Below are positions 25,789 through 39,422 of a stretch of 46,986 nt of DNA, one piece after another. The translations under genes and the position numbers were made by a program. How positions within the stretch are numbered: position 1 is the first letter of the stretch; the number at the start of each line of letters is the position of its first letter. The DNA lies in contig MU054187.1 of assembly GCA_013239625.1 (NCBI GenBank), positions 11,615,231 through 11,662,216 of the forward strand, read 5' to 3'. The notes under the pieces were generated by a model. The model had not been told where the DNA came from. It was given only the letters and a program-made list of their open reading frames with translations, and did no database searches. The stretch comes from Lama guanicoe. Lineage: Eukaryota.

Positions 25789-28660
25789 GTTGTGGAAGAG
25801 TGAAACAACACTAAGAAGCAACTTTCTTGAGAGCAGAATGCCAGAATATTACAAGGTGAAATCCTGACTGATCACCTCTCCAAACAAAAGGAGACAGAAA
25901 TAAGGAAATGAGTGCTGACGTCTTCTTTAGTCATTTTCAAATGTGTGTGTATGAATTTATATATTTACATATTAAAAAAACCTGATACTATACATTACAG
26001 AAAGTATAGAGGGTTTTTAAAGCCTGTATTTGTATACTTTTTTTAGGGGGTTGCATTTCTGGTCCATTGGATAAAGTAATATTTTTAAGTCAAATCCATT
26101 TGCCTGCAATAGTCAAGTAGTGACGTTCACAATAGCCTCATCCAAGGAGAGGCTTTTCATGTTTTCCAGAGGAACTGATGAACTTTCCATCATCTCAAAA
26201 CTATTGCGACTAGTGAAAGGCAGATTATTCTAGTTTGGGGCAGTGATTCCACTCCCTTGATAGATGAATAGAAAGGTTAGTTTATCACTTCCACTAACGG
26301 CGAGAAGGAAATGTATGGCCAGTTCAGAGACCGTGTCCTGGGCATCATTCTCCTACATGTGATGACAGTAACACTTTGCTCCCCGTGGTGTCCTATTTCA
26401 GTGCAAGGAGCTTTTGAAAACAGTGACAGACATGCCATAATCTATACGTAGTGATAACTTATTGGTTAGTATTTTATTTTTAGTAAAACAGTTCACTGTT
26501 TCCCCCTATTCACATCTATTACTGTTATAAACATTATGAAGAGTCATAAGTTATTGCAGCAGCAAATAATCTAATGATTTTTAAAGAAGAGCTCTGTAAA
26601 TTTTACCTTCTTTACCAATAGTGAAACAGAAGGCTTCTCTCATGTTAATATATTTGTCCTAGAGAAATAGCTTTGGTTTGGTATAAAAGGATGAGTCGTG
26701 GAGTCAGAAGCCCTGGGGAAAACCTTGCAGCTTGCTTGTATTTTTAACCTCTTTATTCCAGAACTGTCACAGCTAAATGAGTTAACTAATGTTTGTAGAC
26801 ATGCTTAGTACAATTAGAGTTATCACATATCAGTAGATGTAATTCTTATAACTCACTATAAAATTGTTAGAAAGGGAGAATATTTATGGAATATTATCAG
26901 GAAAATTTTTTTTAGGAAATTTACTCTGTCCAAATATATACAGAGCTAAGGCTCTTACTGTGAGGGGAGCTGTATAGTTTAGAGATCAGATGTAATTTTT
27001 AAGTGTAGTCAGATTTATTAATCTTTTATTTTAAGTCTTGTGGGTTTGTTGTAATTCAGAGAAAGGCTTTTCTAATTCTGAGCTTCTTAAAAAATCTCTT
27101 GTGGTTTCTTTTTTACTTTCATGGATTCATTGTCTTCAGTTAAATTTTTCAACTTTGGCGGGTTTCTGCTTGTATAGTTTGAGACGTGTATCCAACTTTG
27201 GTTTTTCCAGTTGGATGTCTGCTTATTGCAAGCTTTTCAATATATAGACATAGAGATTAGTCTTTCATTCCAGAGAAAATTGTGATGTGTCACTTTATTA
27301 AGTACTAGCTAAAAGTCTCCTTTGTTTTACTTAGGTTTCTCACAGTCATGACAAATTGATAAAAACCAATTGTTGCAAGAATAAATTGCCATGCTGAAAT
27401 GAGAAAGAAAAAAAATCAGAACTGAGAAAAGGAAAATAACTGTTTTGCGGACATGGAAATTATGAAGGAAAAGAATAATGATCTTCAGAAGGCAATAAAA
27501 TGGAATGAGGAAACATTTATGAAAACAATATTCCAATATAGTGGACAGCTTAGTGGTCTGACAGCTGAGAACTCAATGCTAAACACTAAACTGGAGAAGG
27601 AAAAGCAAAGCAAAGACAGACTGGAAACAGAAGTTGAATCATACCATTCTAGACTGACTACTGCCACCTACGGTCATGATCAAAGTTAGCAGAGAGCCCT
27701 GGAAATTGCCTTCCAGAGAGCAAGGGATGATTGCTTTCACTTACAGGACAAAATGATTTTTTTTTTTTTGGCCAACTTGCTTTATTTAGTAGAATTTTAC
27801 ATTATGTAAAACATAAATAAAAGCATATTAAAAATATTATAGTTCTATTTTCATTATTTAATTTCATTTATGTACACTATAATAATAGAGTTAGGAATTT
27901 GTATGTTTACATATCACTAATAAGCTCGTTTAATCCTTTAATTTGCTATTTTTGCAATCACCTAATATATGTCTAGATCGCATAATTTAAGATTACATAG
28001 TAACTTTCAGTAGAGTACTGTTTTTTTAATCTCCATACTTTTGGAAGTATTTGGCAGTTCTTTCAGCAAATTATACTACTTATTATACAATTAGTAATTG
28101 TTTAAACATAAAGAAAACTAATAATTTCAAAACCTACTAAAGCCTCCATATGCTTCTTTTTGCACATAGAATGCTAAAATAAAACTTATGACTGAGTACC
28201 ATAAAACCAAAACAGAGCCCTTAAGTCACATAAGAATCAAGTAAAATTTCTTTTCTACCAATGGATAACAAAGGCAATCAAATTTTGGTTTTGATTGGTT
28301 TTATTTTATACTAGGTTTTTATTTTATGTCACCAAACTCTAATTCAGGTATAATGTTACTTCATACTTTAAGATCTAATCTGAAAGATAATGTAGTGCTT
28401 TCTCAGCAACTTTCTAAAGCTGAAAGTCAATTCAAAAGCCTAGAAATTGAGCTCTATCACACTAGAGATGCTCTCAGAGAAAAGATTGTGGTGCTAGAAT
28501 GTGTACAGAGAGGCCTGAGTCAAGCATTAGTGTCCAAAGAAGGAAACTGAATACTTATACCAAAGTGAACAAAGGAAAGTGAATAGATACACTGAAAAGC
28601 AGGAATCCTTTGAGGAGAGACAATCTCAATCACACAATGAAAACATTTTGCTTCAACAAT
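25789..28660 (+). pseudogene. ANKRD26: ANKRD26-family (ANKRD26/CCDC144-like) unprocessed pseudogene fragment: two coiled-coil exons with the intervening intron
   Basis: Exon 25789-~25919 follows ctccag and reads VVEE*NNTKKQLS*EQNARILQGEILTDHLSKQKE (human [35 protein letters not shown]). The exon starting at 27335 follows tttacttag and reads ...KEKNNDLQKAIKWNEETFMKTIFQYSGQLSGLTAENSMLNTKLEKEKQSKDRLETEVESYHSRL...LEIAFQRARDDCFHLQDKM, then an insert, then SNLKDNVVLSQQLSKAESQFKSLEIELYHTRDALREK...VNRYTEKQESFEERQSQSHNENILLQQ. Multiple stops and frameshifts. The symbol names the family; this is a paralogous relic. Confidence 0.9.
27757..28373 (-). other. Antisense polyadenylated retro-insert (probable mRNA 3'UTR retrocopy) inside the ANKRD26-like exon
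   Basis: T13 at 27757-27769, tttatt (AATAAA on the minus strand) at 27781-27786, AT-rich body with no recognised repeat motif. The ANKRD26 frame stops at QDKM and resumes at SNLKDN (28374). Confidence 0.75.
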
Positions 28661-28799
28661 TTTGCTCAATGGAGATTGCATGGGAATTTTTCAAAGATTA
28701 TTTTATTTACTTATTTATTTATTTTAGGAATTTATCCTATAGATTTATTCACAGATATAGGTAATGACAAGTTCACAAGGTTACATCCTGCAGCATTTT

Positions 28800-28897
28800 A
28801 ACTTTTTTTATTGAGTCATAGTCAGTTTACAGTGTTGTGTCGATTTCCAGTGTAGAGCACAATTTTCCGGTTATACATGAACACACATATATTCATT
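28800..28897 (-). mobile_element. L1 3' tail (antisense)
   Basis: tttttttattgagtcatagtcagtttacagtgttgtgtcgatttccagtgtagagcac...atacatgaacacacatatattcatt. Confidence 0.75.
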
Positions 28898-29849
28898 CGG
28901 TTTGTTGTTGTTGTTGTTGTTGCTCTATTTATTTATTTAGCGAGTTAGTTAGTTAGATACATGTCCTTAACTCTTCTTCAGATGAAAATAAACATACTTT
29001 ACAGGTCTTTTCCCTCTTTTAATTGAAACCATTCTTCCACCATCATCCTTTGAGTCTCAGTCAAGCCAGCTCCTCGTCTTCACAAGCATCCGGGCCTCAC
29101 TCTGCTCTTGGTAGTGGGATTCCAGACAGATGTCTCCCAGTCTCCCCAAAACACTCCGTCTGTGGCCTGAGGGCTACTTCTCTTCTTGTTCAAGGAATGT
29201 CAGAAACATTTCAAGATTCAGTTAAAATTGTTTTGTTTTAAAAATCCTCCAGGGACCAGTTATTCTGTTTCAAACTTGTGTACTTAATTTCTTTCCTACT
29301 GGCCCCTTGGTTTGTTTGAATTTTGCCTCCAACCTGTTTCCTAGGGGCTGTGGAAGTTATTGATCATTCTGGTCATGCCAAGCTGCTTTCTCTCATCTCA
29401 CTAATGTGTCAACTTTCTGGCTCAAAAAATGAAACCAAAATAAAATACTGTTTTCTTCTCTTCTGTTAATTAATTTATTTCTCTTCAAATGGTATCACAT
29501 CCAAAGCTTCTACATTATGGTTAATATCTTCCACATGAAAGAGATGATAGAGAAAAAAAGTGGAAAATAAAAAGGTAGTATGGTTTTAAAAAATTAAGTT
29601 TTAGAGACAAAGAGGAAAAGACAGGTAGAAAGAAGATGGAATCGCCTTAACACTTCCCTACAAAAGGGCCTTAATAACAAATAGATCAAAGTAAGGCTAA
29701 TAATAGCTACCCCAAAACAGAGGGGAAACAAAACCTAAACTCAGTATTATTTTCAAATGTAATCATTGTTATAATCAAGCCACAGTAGGATGGGAAATAA
29801 AATCCAGAATTCCTTTAAGCAATAAGTAGTATTTCCAATTAATACATGT

Positions 29850-30582
29850 ATAAAAATAATGGAAATAGAAAATCTTTTTTTTTTTTGGCATATACCACTG
29901 TAATAACTTTTGCAGGAAAAAAACCATCAATGGATGCCAAAACTTGTAGCCAAAACTTCTGTATAATGGGAAAAAGGATGTTTGCACATGTTTATGTCTC
30001 CCCCCAAAATACTTTATAATTATAAATAGAAAAGCTAATTTTATAGTGAAGAAACCTACTGGATGTCATTTTAGTCAAGTTTTCATTTAACACGACCAAT
30101 AATGAGACATATCAATGTCACATACACCTCAATATAAGGCACTGAGGAGGGCACAGAGCCATTTCTCTGGTGTTTTTGCAAAAAAAAAAAGGCAATTTAA
30201 ACATAAAACTGAGGAAAAGTCAGACAAACCCAAATGAGGGAAAATAGACAAAATGGCCTCTCTTCTTCCAAAGTGTCAAGTTCATGAAGGACAGGAGGGC
30301 TGGGAACTGCCCCAGATTGGAGGACACTGAGGACAGCTGATGACTAAACCCAGGGTGTGTCCTGGACCAGAGAAGGAACATTCATAGACTGAAGGGTGAA
30401 ACTCGAATAAAGCCTCTAGGTTAGTTAGTGATGCCTTGTTACTGTTAATTTCCTGGGTCTTGATGACTGCACTATGACTTTATAAGGCATTAGTCTTTGG
30501 AGGAGCTGGGTAAAGGATATATGGACAATATTTGTAATATTTTACCCTTTTTGAAAGTCTAAAATTATTTCAAAGTAAAATG
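29850..30582 (+). mobile_element. L1MC/MD-type 3'UTR remnant
   Basis: tcagacaaacccaaatgaggg...ttccaaagtgtcaagttcatgaaggaca...tgttaatttcctgg...gtctaaaattatttcaaagtaaaa. Confidence 0.7.
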
Positions 30583-31194
30583 AAGGATTGGAATAATGGA
30601 GAGTACAGGTGACCTCTAATTAAGAATGAATGGTTAAAGATAAATTCAGGATCTCCAAATAAAACTTTCAGAAGTGGCCTCTTTCTTATTTTATTACTTA
30701 CAAGGTAATAAAAGACTTGTCCAGTCAACAAAGAACAACTCTTCTGGTGTGTACTTAGCTAAAGAAGGTTATATGGTTTATGGGGTGTCTCTGGAGCTGT
30801 AATGGTCTTGGATGACACTTGGTCAGCCTTCTATGTTTATTTTGAGGTTATTTTGTTTTCTGCATCTAACACCAAATTAGAAGTCTAAAATTTCATTTTC
30901 ATCCCAGAAGGAATGGCACACTGATGTGCGACAACTCACCTGTCCTTTTAATCTCTTCCTAAACTAGAAATACACACAACATATACCCAAAAATCCTACA
31001 TGTAGATTCAACCAATAGCTTAGCTTTTTATAAGTCATCTGTATCTAGGAAAACTCTCCAGGATATTTCTTACACCTGATGTTTAAAAATTTATTTATTT
31101 GCTTTAACAGTCTGAGCGCTGTGATTCAGACTTCATAAGAGTGAGTACAAGGACCCTGCCGAGCTCCCCCCCCCCCCGGAGGGCGGGTTTAGGA

Positions 31195-31672
31195 TGGCAC
31201 AGTTGTCTGGCCGTCCCTCCCGCGGGACGGGGCGTCTGTATCCCGCGTCTCCTCTCTTGCATTTGAAGGCTTGTCATGCCAGTTTCAAAGTCTGATTGCT
31301 AAGAGCCCGACAGTTTCCCCTTTTGCAAGGATCTCCCGCTCTGGGCGTCTAAGCCACCAGGTAGGAGAGCAGCTACCTGCCGGGGAGACTGTGTGGAGAA
31401 GCCCTGAGAATGCGTGGGGAGGGACAGCACGCCCACTCAACCAACCTTCATATTGTGCCCACCAGAGTCTCGGGCACGTGGAAAAAGCCTCCTCAGACTA
31501 GGGACTGGCTGCTGCCAGCTGAATGCCACTGCGTGACCCCAGTCAAACCCGAGAGCAGAAGCATCACTCAGCTGAGTCCTACCTAAGGTCCTGACCCATG
31601 GATCCTGAACACAGAGAGGATTATTGCTTTGAGATGGCTTAGCACACAGCCATAGGTAACCAGAACATACCA
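31195..31672 (+). mobile_element. MLT1F-like LTR
   Basis: ctgtgtggagaagccctgagaa...ccagctgaatgccactgcgtgacccc...cctgacccatggatcctga...cacagccataggtaaccagaaca. Confidence 0.7.
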
Positions 31673-31779
31673 TGTAAGGAATGATCTTTGCTGGGCATGT
31701 TTAAGACTGCACTTTCTGAACTAGTCTCACCTCACCTTTAGAATCTGAATCTCAAATACAAGTCTCAATAGACCCAGTG

Positions 31780-32122
31780 TAAGACAGAGAAAGACAAACA
31801 CTGTATGACAAATACTATATGATATCACTTACATGTGGAATCTAAAAAATAATAGAAATGAAACTATATACAAAACAGAAAGAGGCTCACATATAGAAAA
31901 CAGATTTATGGTTACCAAAAAGGGGGATGCAAATTAGGCATATGGGATTAACAGACACAAGCTACCGAACATAAAATGGATAAGCAATGAGAATTTACTG
32001 TGCAGCATGGAGAATTATACCCAATATCTTGTAATAATCCAGAATGAAATATTATCACTATGCTGTATGCCTGAAACTAACACAATGTTGTAAATCAACT
32101 CTACTTCAGTTTTAAAAAAAGA
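31780..32122 (+). mobile_element. L1MA-type 3' end
   Basis: gatatcacttacatgtggaatctaaaaa...tatggttaccaaa...tgggattaacagacaca...cctgaaactaacacaatgttgtaaatcaactctacttcag. Confidence 0.85.
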
Positions 32123-32214
32123 AATCATAATTTCCAGACTCCTTTGAAGGTCTCTGTATGTGGTCAAGTGACAAAAATTCCCCCAGAGATAGAAATGGAA
32201 ACACAGTTTGCACA

Positions 32215-33540
32215 CTCGGGAAAATGTCCTTAAACCATCTCTTCTCCCTTCTTCGGGGAGAGTGTGGACGGGATTATTGGTGTCGCAGCCTCGTCAGGAG
32301 CCCTGAAGAGGAGGACTTCACCCTCAAGGTGTGAGAACTTACTGCTGCAAGGATCACGAAACTTGGCGAGTTCAAGAAGCTAGTGCAAGACGGGAAGCTG
32401 GGTGCCCCAGAGCGCTAAATGTGTCTTCAGATGAGCGGCTGCCCCAGCCGCGAATGGATGTCTGCGGAGAAGGCACAGGCAATATCCCCGAGCTGAGAGC
32501 ATCACCCGGTCCCGAATCCTCCTTTCTTTCCTCTGTTTTGTTTTTCATTTCCCCCTTCCCCCCTGCTTCCCCTCCCCACTTCTTTCCTCCCCACTCCCGT
32601 CTGCGAGGACTGGCTGTTGACCTTGCTCAGGCCTGGGTGCTGATGCGGGAGGATTCCGCAGCCCCACAGCAGCCCAGTGGTGCCCTCTGGCGAGGCTGCC
32701 TTGCGCTCTGTGAAAGGGCGGCCATAGGCTCCACAGCCCAGCCACACGGTTCTCGCCATCACTGATGGAGACGAAGGAGAAAGATAGTGTCCTTTTCCTG
32801 TGGTTGTTAGCTGAGGCCACCGCCCAGGGACATAAGAGGAGCTCCGCAGGCGAGGGTGGACTCCGAAGGAAAGCCAGCCCCCAGCTGTCGCGGGCAGCGC
32901 GCACCTGTGACAAGGAGAAGCCGAGGGACAGCTGGCCCAGGCTGCAGTTTGAGGTGACTGTTGAAAAAAGCATTCAGATGCTGGATGGGGTGTCCGTGCC
33001 CATCCTGCCTTTGTGAATGGACTGCGCTCTTCCTCAGCCTTCCTGCCCCCAAGGGTGTTATTCAAAGCCAGAACCGCCTGAGGTGGGGGTGAGTGGGTTG
33101 TGCTACCTGTCAGCTTAACCGGAAGAGACAAAAGTTGAGGGCCCCCCCCACCCTGCCATTTTCAGGGAGTCAAACAAACTTTAAAGAGGACGATCTCTGT
33201 CCCCAAGAGATTCGGGGAAGCACCTCTAAAGAGGTGGGGATGAGGCCCCCGTCCTGATAACAAAGCTTCCTACTCCACTGCGTCCTTCTTGGGCAGCAAA
33301 GGAGAGGGATCCTAAGCTTTTTGGTCACCCAGCGAACAGCTCCATAAGGTTCTGTGTCACCAAATTCCGTTCGGGACTGTGGAAGGACAGTCTCATTTGC
33401 TCCTAGCAATGGAGAAGCAGGGCCTGCTGCCGCTGCTGCCACCAGTTTGAGACCCTTGACTTCCTGGCAGCTGCGACCCATCATTGGTCATTTCTCTCTG
33501 CACCAGCCAACCCCTGGTACCAGGTGTTTCGAGTGCTTGG
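32215..33540. promoter_or_regulatory. Partly decayed CpG-island promoter of the ZBED5 copy (possibly bidirectional)
   Basis: GC- and CpG-rich island 2-3 kb upstream of the ZBED5 coding exon. ETS motif ACCGGAAG at 33118-33125, YY1 core GCCATTTT at 33155-33162, strong plus-strand donor GGG|GTGAGT at 33089, minus-strand donor GTAAGT at 32342-32337. Confidence 0.6.
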
Positions 33541-33584
33541 GAAGTTAGGAGTGTTCAGGGACACACAGCAGTGACTAGCACGTG

Positions 33585-33810
33585 GGCTCTGTAGGTGAAC
33601 TTTTTGGGTTCTGTTCTTAGTTCTTCACAGATGTGTTAACTTAGCAGGTGGCTTAACCTCTGTGTCTATTTCTTTATCCCTGCTTGGTGGGGGCGGATAA
33701 ATGATAGTCTCTGACTCTCAGGTTTGTTCTGAGGAGTAAATGAGCCAATCTATGAAAGATTTAGCAGTTCCTGGCACGTAGTAAAACAATGGTCACTCAA
33801 ACATTAGTAA
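33585..33810 (+). mobile_element. MIR
   Basis: ggtggcttaacctctgtgtctatttctttatc...tgttctgaggagtaaatgag...ttcctggcacgtagtaa. Confidence 0.65.
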
Positions 33811-34845
33811 CCTTAGGAGCTTGGTTATTGAGACAAGAGTCGTTACAGCAAAAAGTCATGGTGTAACACTTCTATGTATAATTCCATTTTAGATTACTTT
33901 CACTGCTTAATTTTAGAGACATTAAGGTATGGCTGTACTTTAAAAAGTTAGGTTTATTTCTGAAAGTTTTTAATGTCTTTCTATGAAGTCAGCGGATGGG
34001 GGAGCATTTCAAAGCAATGAAATTACCTGGGTAGTAAACAGGACAAAAATATTAGTGTTTCCCTTATGCTAGGCACCTTCTACTTCACTCTTAAGATCTT
34101 CATTACGGTGAAGAAGAATTTGCATTGCCTGGCTCTAAAATCAATTGTAAGGAATGGTCATCTAAGAGGTTTGTAGTTAGTTCTGCTTTTGCAGTGTCTA
34201 GTTTAAATTTTTTCTCATTCTAGGCTTTTGGTTACTCCCCTTCCACCCTATCCCTTAATTTTATTTTTTGAAAGAGTCCGCATTTCAAGCTGCTAGGGCA
34301 GAGAGTGTTATTACAGAAGGAAGGGCTCGTCATCCAGGTTCCTTGCTCTCTAGCTGTCATTAGGAAAGCCATTCAGAGTCAGGATCTAACATGAGGAGCC
34401 CATGCTCACTCTGCAGCCAAATCATAAAGCTTAGATCAAAAGTAGCTATGTTTAGGCAGACCCTAAAACTGAATGCCTAAACTTACAAAGCCAGCATCTT
34501 TTAGAGGTCCTAAAACTTGCATTACCTTTCCATTTAATTATGCTTTTTAAAAGCTATTATATGAGGAATAAACCTATTAAAATGAGAGAGTATGTTTTCA
34601 TTAGGTCTTCGTTAAGCCTTCAGTAAAAAAATAATGGGATGCACAGTAACCAGTAAAATATATACAGTACTTTTAATGAGTCTTATTCTGTATATTGTAA
34701 ATATTTACATACTTTCAAGTCCAGAGAAGTAGTAGCTAACTTTCAGTTTATAGTTTATTTTTCAATGTTAACACACAGTATTTGGGATACAGCAGAATTC
34801 TGTGTCTTGCAAAACCTTGAACTGTGTTTGTGTGTTTTTGACATA

Positions 34846-34979
34846 GCTCATCAGAATAGTCGCTAGCCCTGAAAGCAGCTTTCAGATGTATAATGGTGTC
34901 AACAACGAGTGTGACTAATGGCAGCAGGCAGCAGAAAGCTAAAAGAGATTCTGGGATCCTGTATCCATGAAAGGAGTTG
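34846..34979 (+). other. Candidate non-coding 5'UTR exon of the ZBED5 copy
   Basis: Unique sequence between an acceptor-like gtttttgacatag| and a donor-like ttg|gtaaat, lying between the CpG island and the coding exon. Inferred from splice signals only. Confidence 0.4.
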
Positions 34980-35170
34980 GTAAATTTTAGCCCCACCCTG
35001 CTTTTGTAAATAGAGATGCATTGGGACACCCCTGTGCCCATTCTTTACCATATTGCCTGTGGCTGCTGCCACAGCTACAAAACTGAGTGGTTGCAACACA
35101 GACCGTGTGGCCCAATAGAGTAAAAAATATTTACCATATGATCCTTTAGGGAAAAGTTTGCCAGCCCCTG
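34971..35170 (+). mobile_element. MER58A hAT-Charlie MITE
   Basis: aaggagttggtaaat...ttttgtaaatag...tggttgcaacacagaccgtgtggccc...aaaatatttacc...aaaagtttgccagcccctg. Confidence 0.8.
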
Positions 35171-35543
35171 CCATGGGACCTCGAAGTGCCTTCCTTAAAA
35201 ATACACTTATGATCTCTTCATTATTTCTTAGCCCAATGGTTCCCAAACTGTCTTCTGCAGAATATTAATATTAGTTAATAAGTGTGGGAAAAAGATCCAT
35301 GCTAACAGTAATTTTTCCTTTGTAATTTATTTTAAAATAAAAGTTTAAGACTACCAAACTCATTGATATGGCTTTTATTTTTATGTGATCACCTACTTTT
35401 AAGAAAAGGTGTCCCATGCCTGAGAGCACCAGGACGTCGAGTGAGAGATCACCTGATACATGAGCATGCGATGCTCCACCTGCGCCTTGATGCCCAGGCA
35501 GCACTTAACAGTCACTGATGAGATGCTTGGCATCATCTCTTTG

Positions 35544-37528
<1,985 letters not shown>

Positions 37529-38629
37529 AATTGGAGGGTTCTGCGTGCCTCTTGATAACCAAATATAAGATGCAAATTTAAAATGATTTACTTCAAAAAA
37601 AGGAAGCTAATGCATTTATTTTTCATGAGTGAAAGCATATGATGTGGTATATTACTTTGCAGGTTTTGGTATCTGAGGCTGACTCACCAACACGGTGGGT
37701 AATTCAGTAAAGCAGGAACATGGGGAGGCAATCATTTATTTCAAAGAACATTAAGGTAGAAACATCACATGACTGGGCTTCAAGATGCTCACATTCACTT
37801 GTCACAGCAGGGAATCCTTCATGTGTCCACTTCCATCATTAGCCAAGATCCAGGAGGTTCATGATGCACCCCAGTGTGTGTGTGTCACTTCTCAGCCATT
37901 TAACTTGCCTAATTGTCATATTTTCTATTCAAAAAGTAAATAAATTTCAGTACATAAAAATGAAGAGGAGCATAACAAATGTTAATATATCCAACCTGAC
38001 CAAAGAAACAAAAAGTACAAATGGAATAAACACACTGTGTGTACCTCTTCCCAACTGCCAGCTTATGTCACCTGGTGGCCCCACATGGAGCATCTCCTAC
38101 AAGGCACTCTACTGGGAGGGTGTGTGTGTGTGTGTACGCACGTCTGTCAGTGTGGGGTGGCACGTAGACCAGAGGTCCAGCAGTCATTCAGAAAGCACAC
38201 AGCTGACCCAGGCAGGGGCCAAGCTTCAAACCTTCCCGGCTCAGCCTGTGCCCAGGGAGGTCTGCAGCTCACACTGGCTAGGGGAGGCTGGGTCACACGT
38301 GTCCCTCCATCCCCAGCCCAGCTGAAAGCCAGAAAGAGGCCCAGGTCAGCCCGTGGCCCATTTTCAGCCCTGCCCCACCCTGGCCTGTCCAAATGCCACA
38401 GGGCCATGTCACACATCTGGCCGGCAAGCGTTCCTTGGGCTAGAGCATCTATCCCCTCTTCTCCGCGTTCACCCCCTGCCTGGTGCCCCTCTATAGCTGC
38501 CCTCCCGCTCCCCCGGCCTCTCAGCATCATCTCCCCTCCTCCTCCCCGTAGTGTCTCAGCGTTTTCCTGCCCAAATTTGGTGAGATGGGGCCATTTCTCT
38601 CAAGGGTCGTTTTAAATGTTCAGGTTTTT

Positions 38630-39334
38630 AAATTTTTATTTTATTGAAGTATAGTCAGTTTACATTGTGTCAATTTCTGATGTACAGCACAATGCTTCAG
38701 TCATACATGAACATACGTATATTCATTTTCATGTCCTTTCTCACCATGAGCTACTACAAGATACTATGGTTCCCTGTGCTGTGTAGTATAAACTTGTTGC
38801 TCTATTTTATATTTACCAGTCACTATCTGCAAATCTCGAACTTCCAGTGTATCCCTTCCCACCCTGTTCCCCTCTGGTAACCATGAGTTTGTTTTCTGTC
38901 TGTTTAATTTTAGATTCCACATGAGTGTTGTCATATGGTGTTTTTCTTTCTTTCTGGCTTACTTCACTTAGAATGTTGTTTTCCAGGGCCATCCATGTTG
39001 CTGCAAATGGTATATTTTTTATGGCTGAGTAGTATTCCACTGTATACATATGACACGGCTTCTGTATCCAGTCATCTGTTGGTGGACATTTAAGCTGTCT
39101 CCATGTCTTGGCTATTGTAAATAGTGCTATGAACATTGGGGTGAAGGTGTCTATCTGTATTAAGGCTCCCTTTGGATATATGCCCAGGAGTGGGATTATT
39201 GTATCATATAGTAAGTGTATTTTTAGTTTTTTGAGGAATCTCCATACCATTTCCATAATTGCTGTACCAAACTACATTCCCACCAACAGTGTACAAGGGT
39301 TCACTGTTTTCCATACCCTCTCCAGCATTTACTA
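38630..39334 (-). mobile_element. L1 3' portion (ORF2 end plus 3'UTR), antisense
   Basis: ORF 38813-39256 (WRFLKKLKIHLLYDTIIPLLGIYPK...FTPMFIALFTIAKTW...PFAATWMALENNILSEVSQ). Approximate TSD tttaaatgttcaggtttt / tttgaatattcacgtttt. Confidence 0.92.
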
Positions 39335-39422
39335 TTTGAATATTCACGTTTTAATTATTTTACTGCAGCAGCGACATGTAGGATAATGAAAAAGTGGCAT
39401 CCTGGCGGCTGGGGGATGAGCC

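Noticed and set aside
32331..33548. Cluster of overlapping ORFs on both strands
   Set aside because: By-product of the CpG island; no coherent protein.
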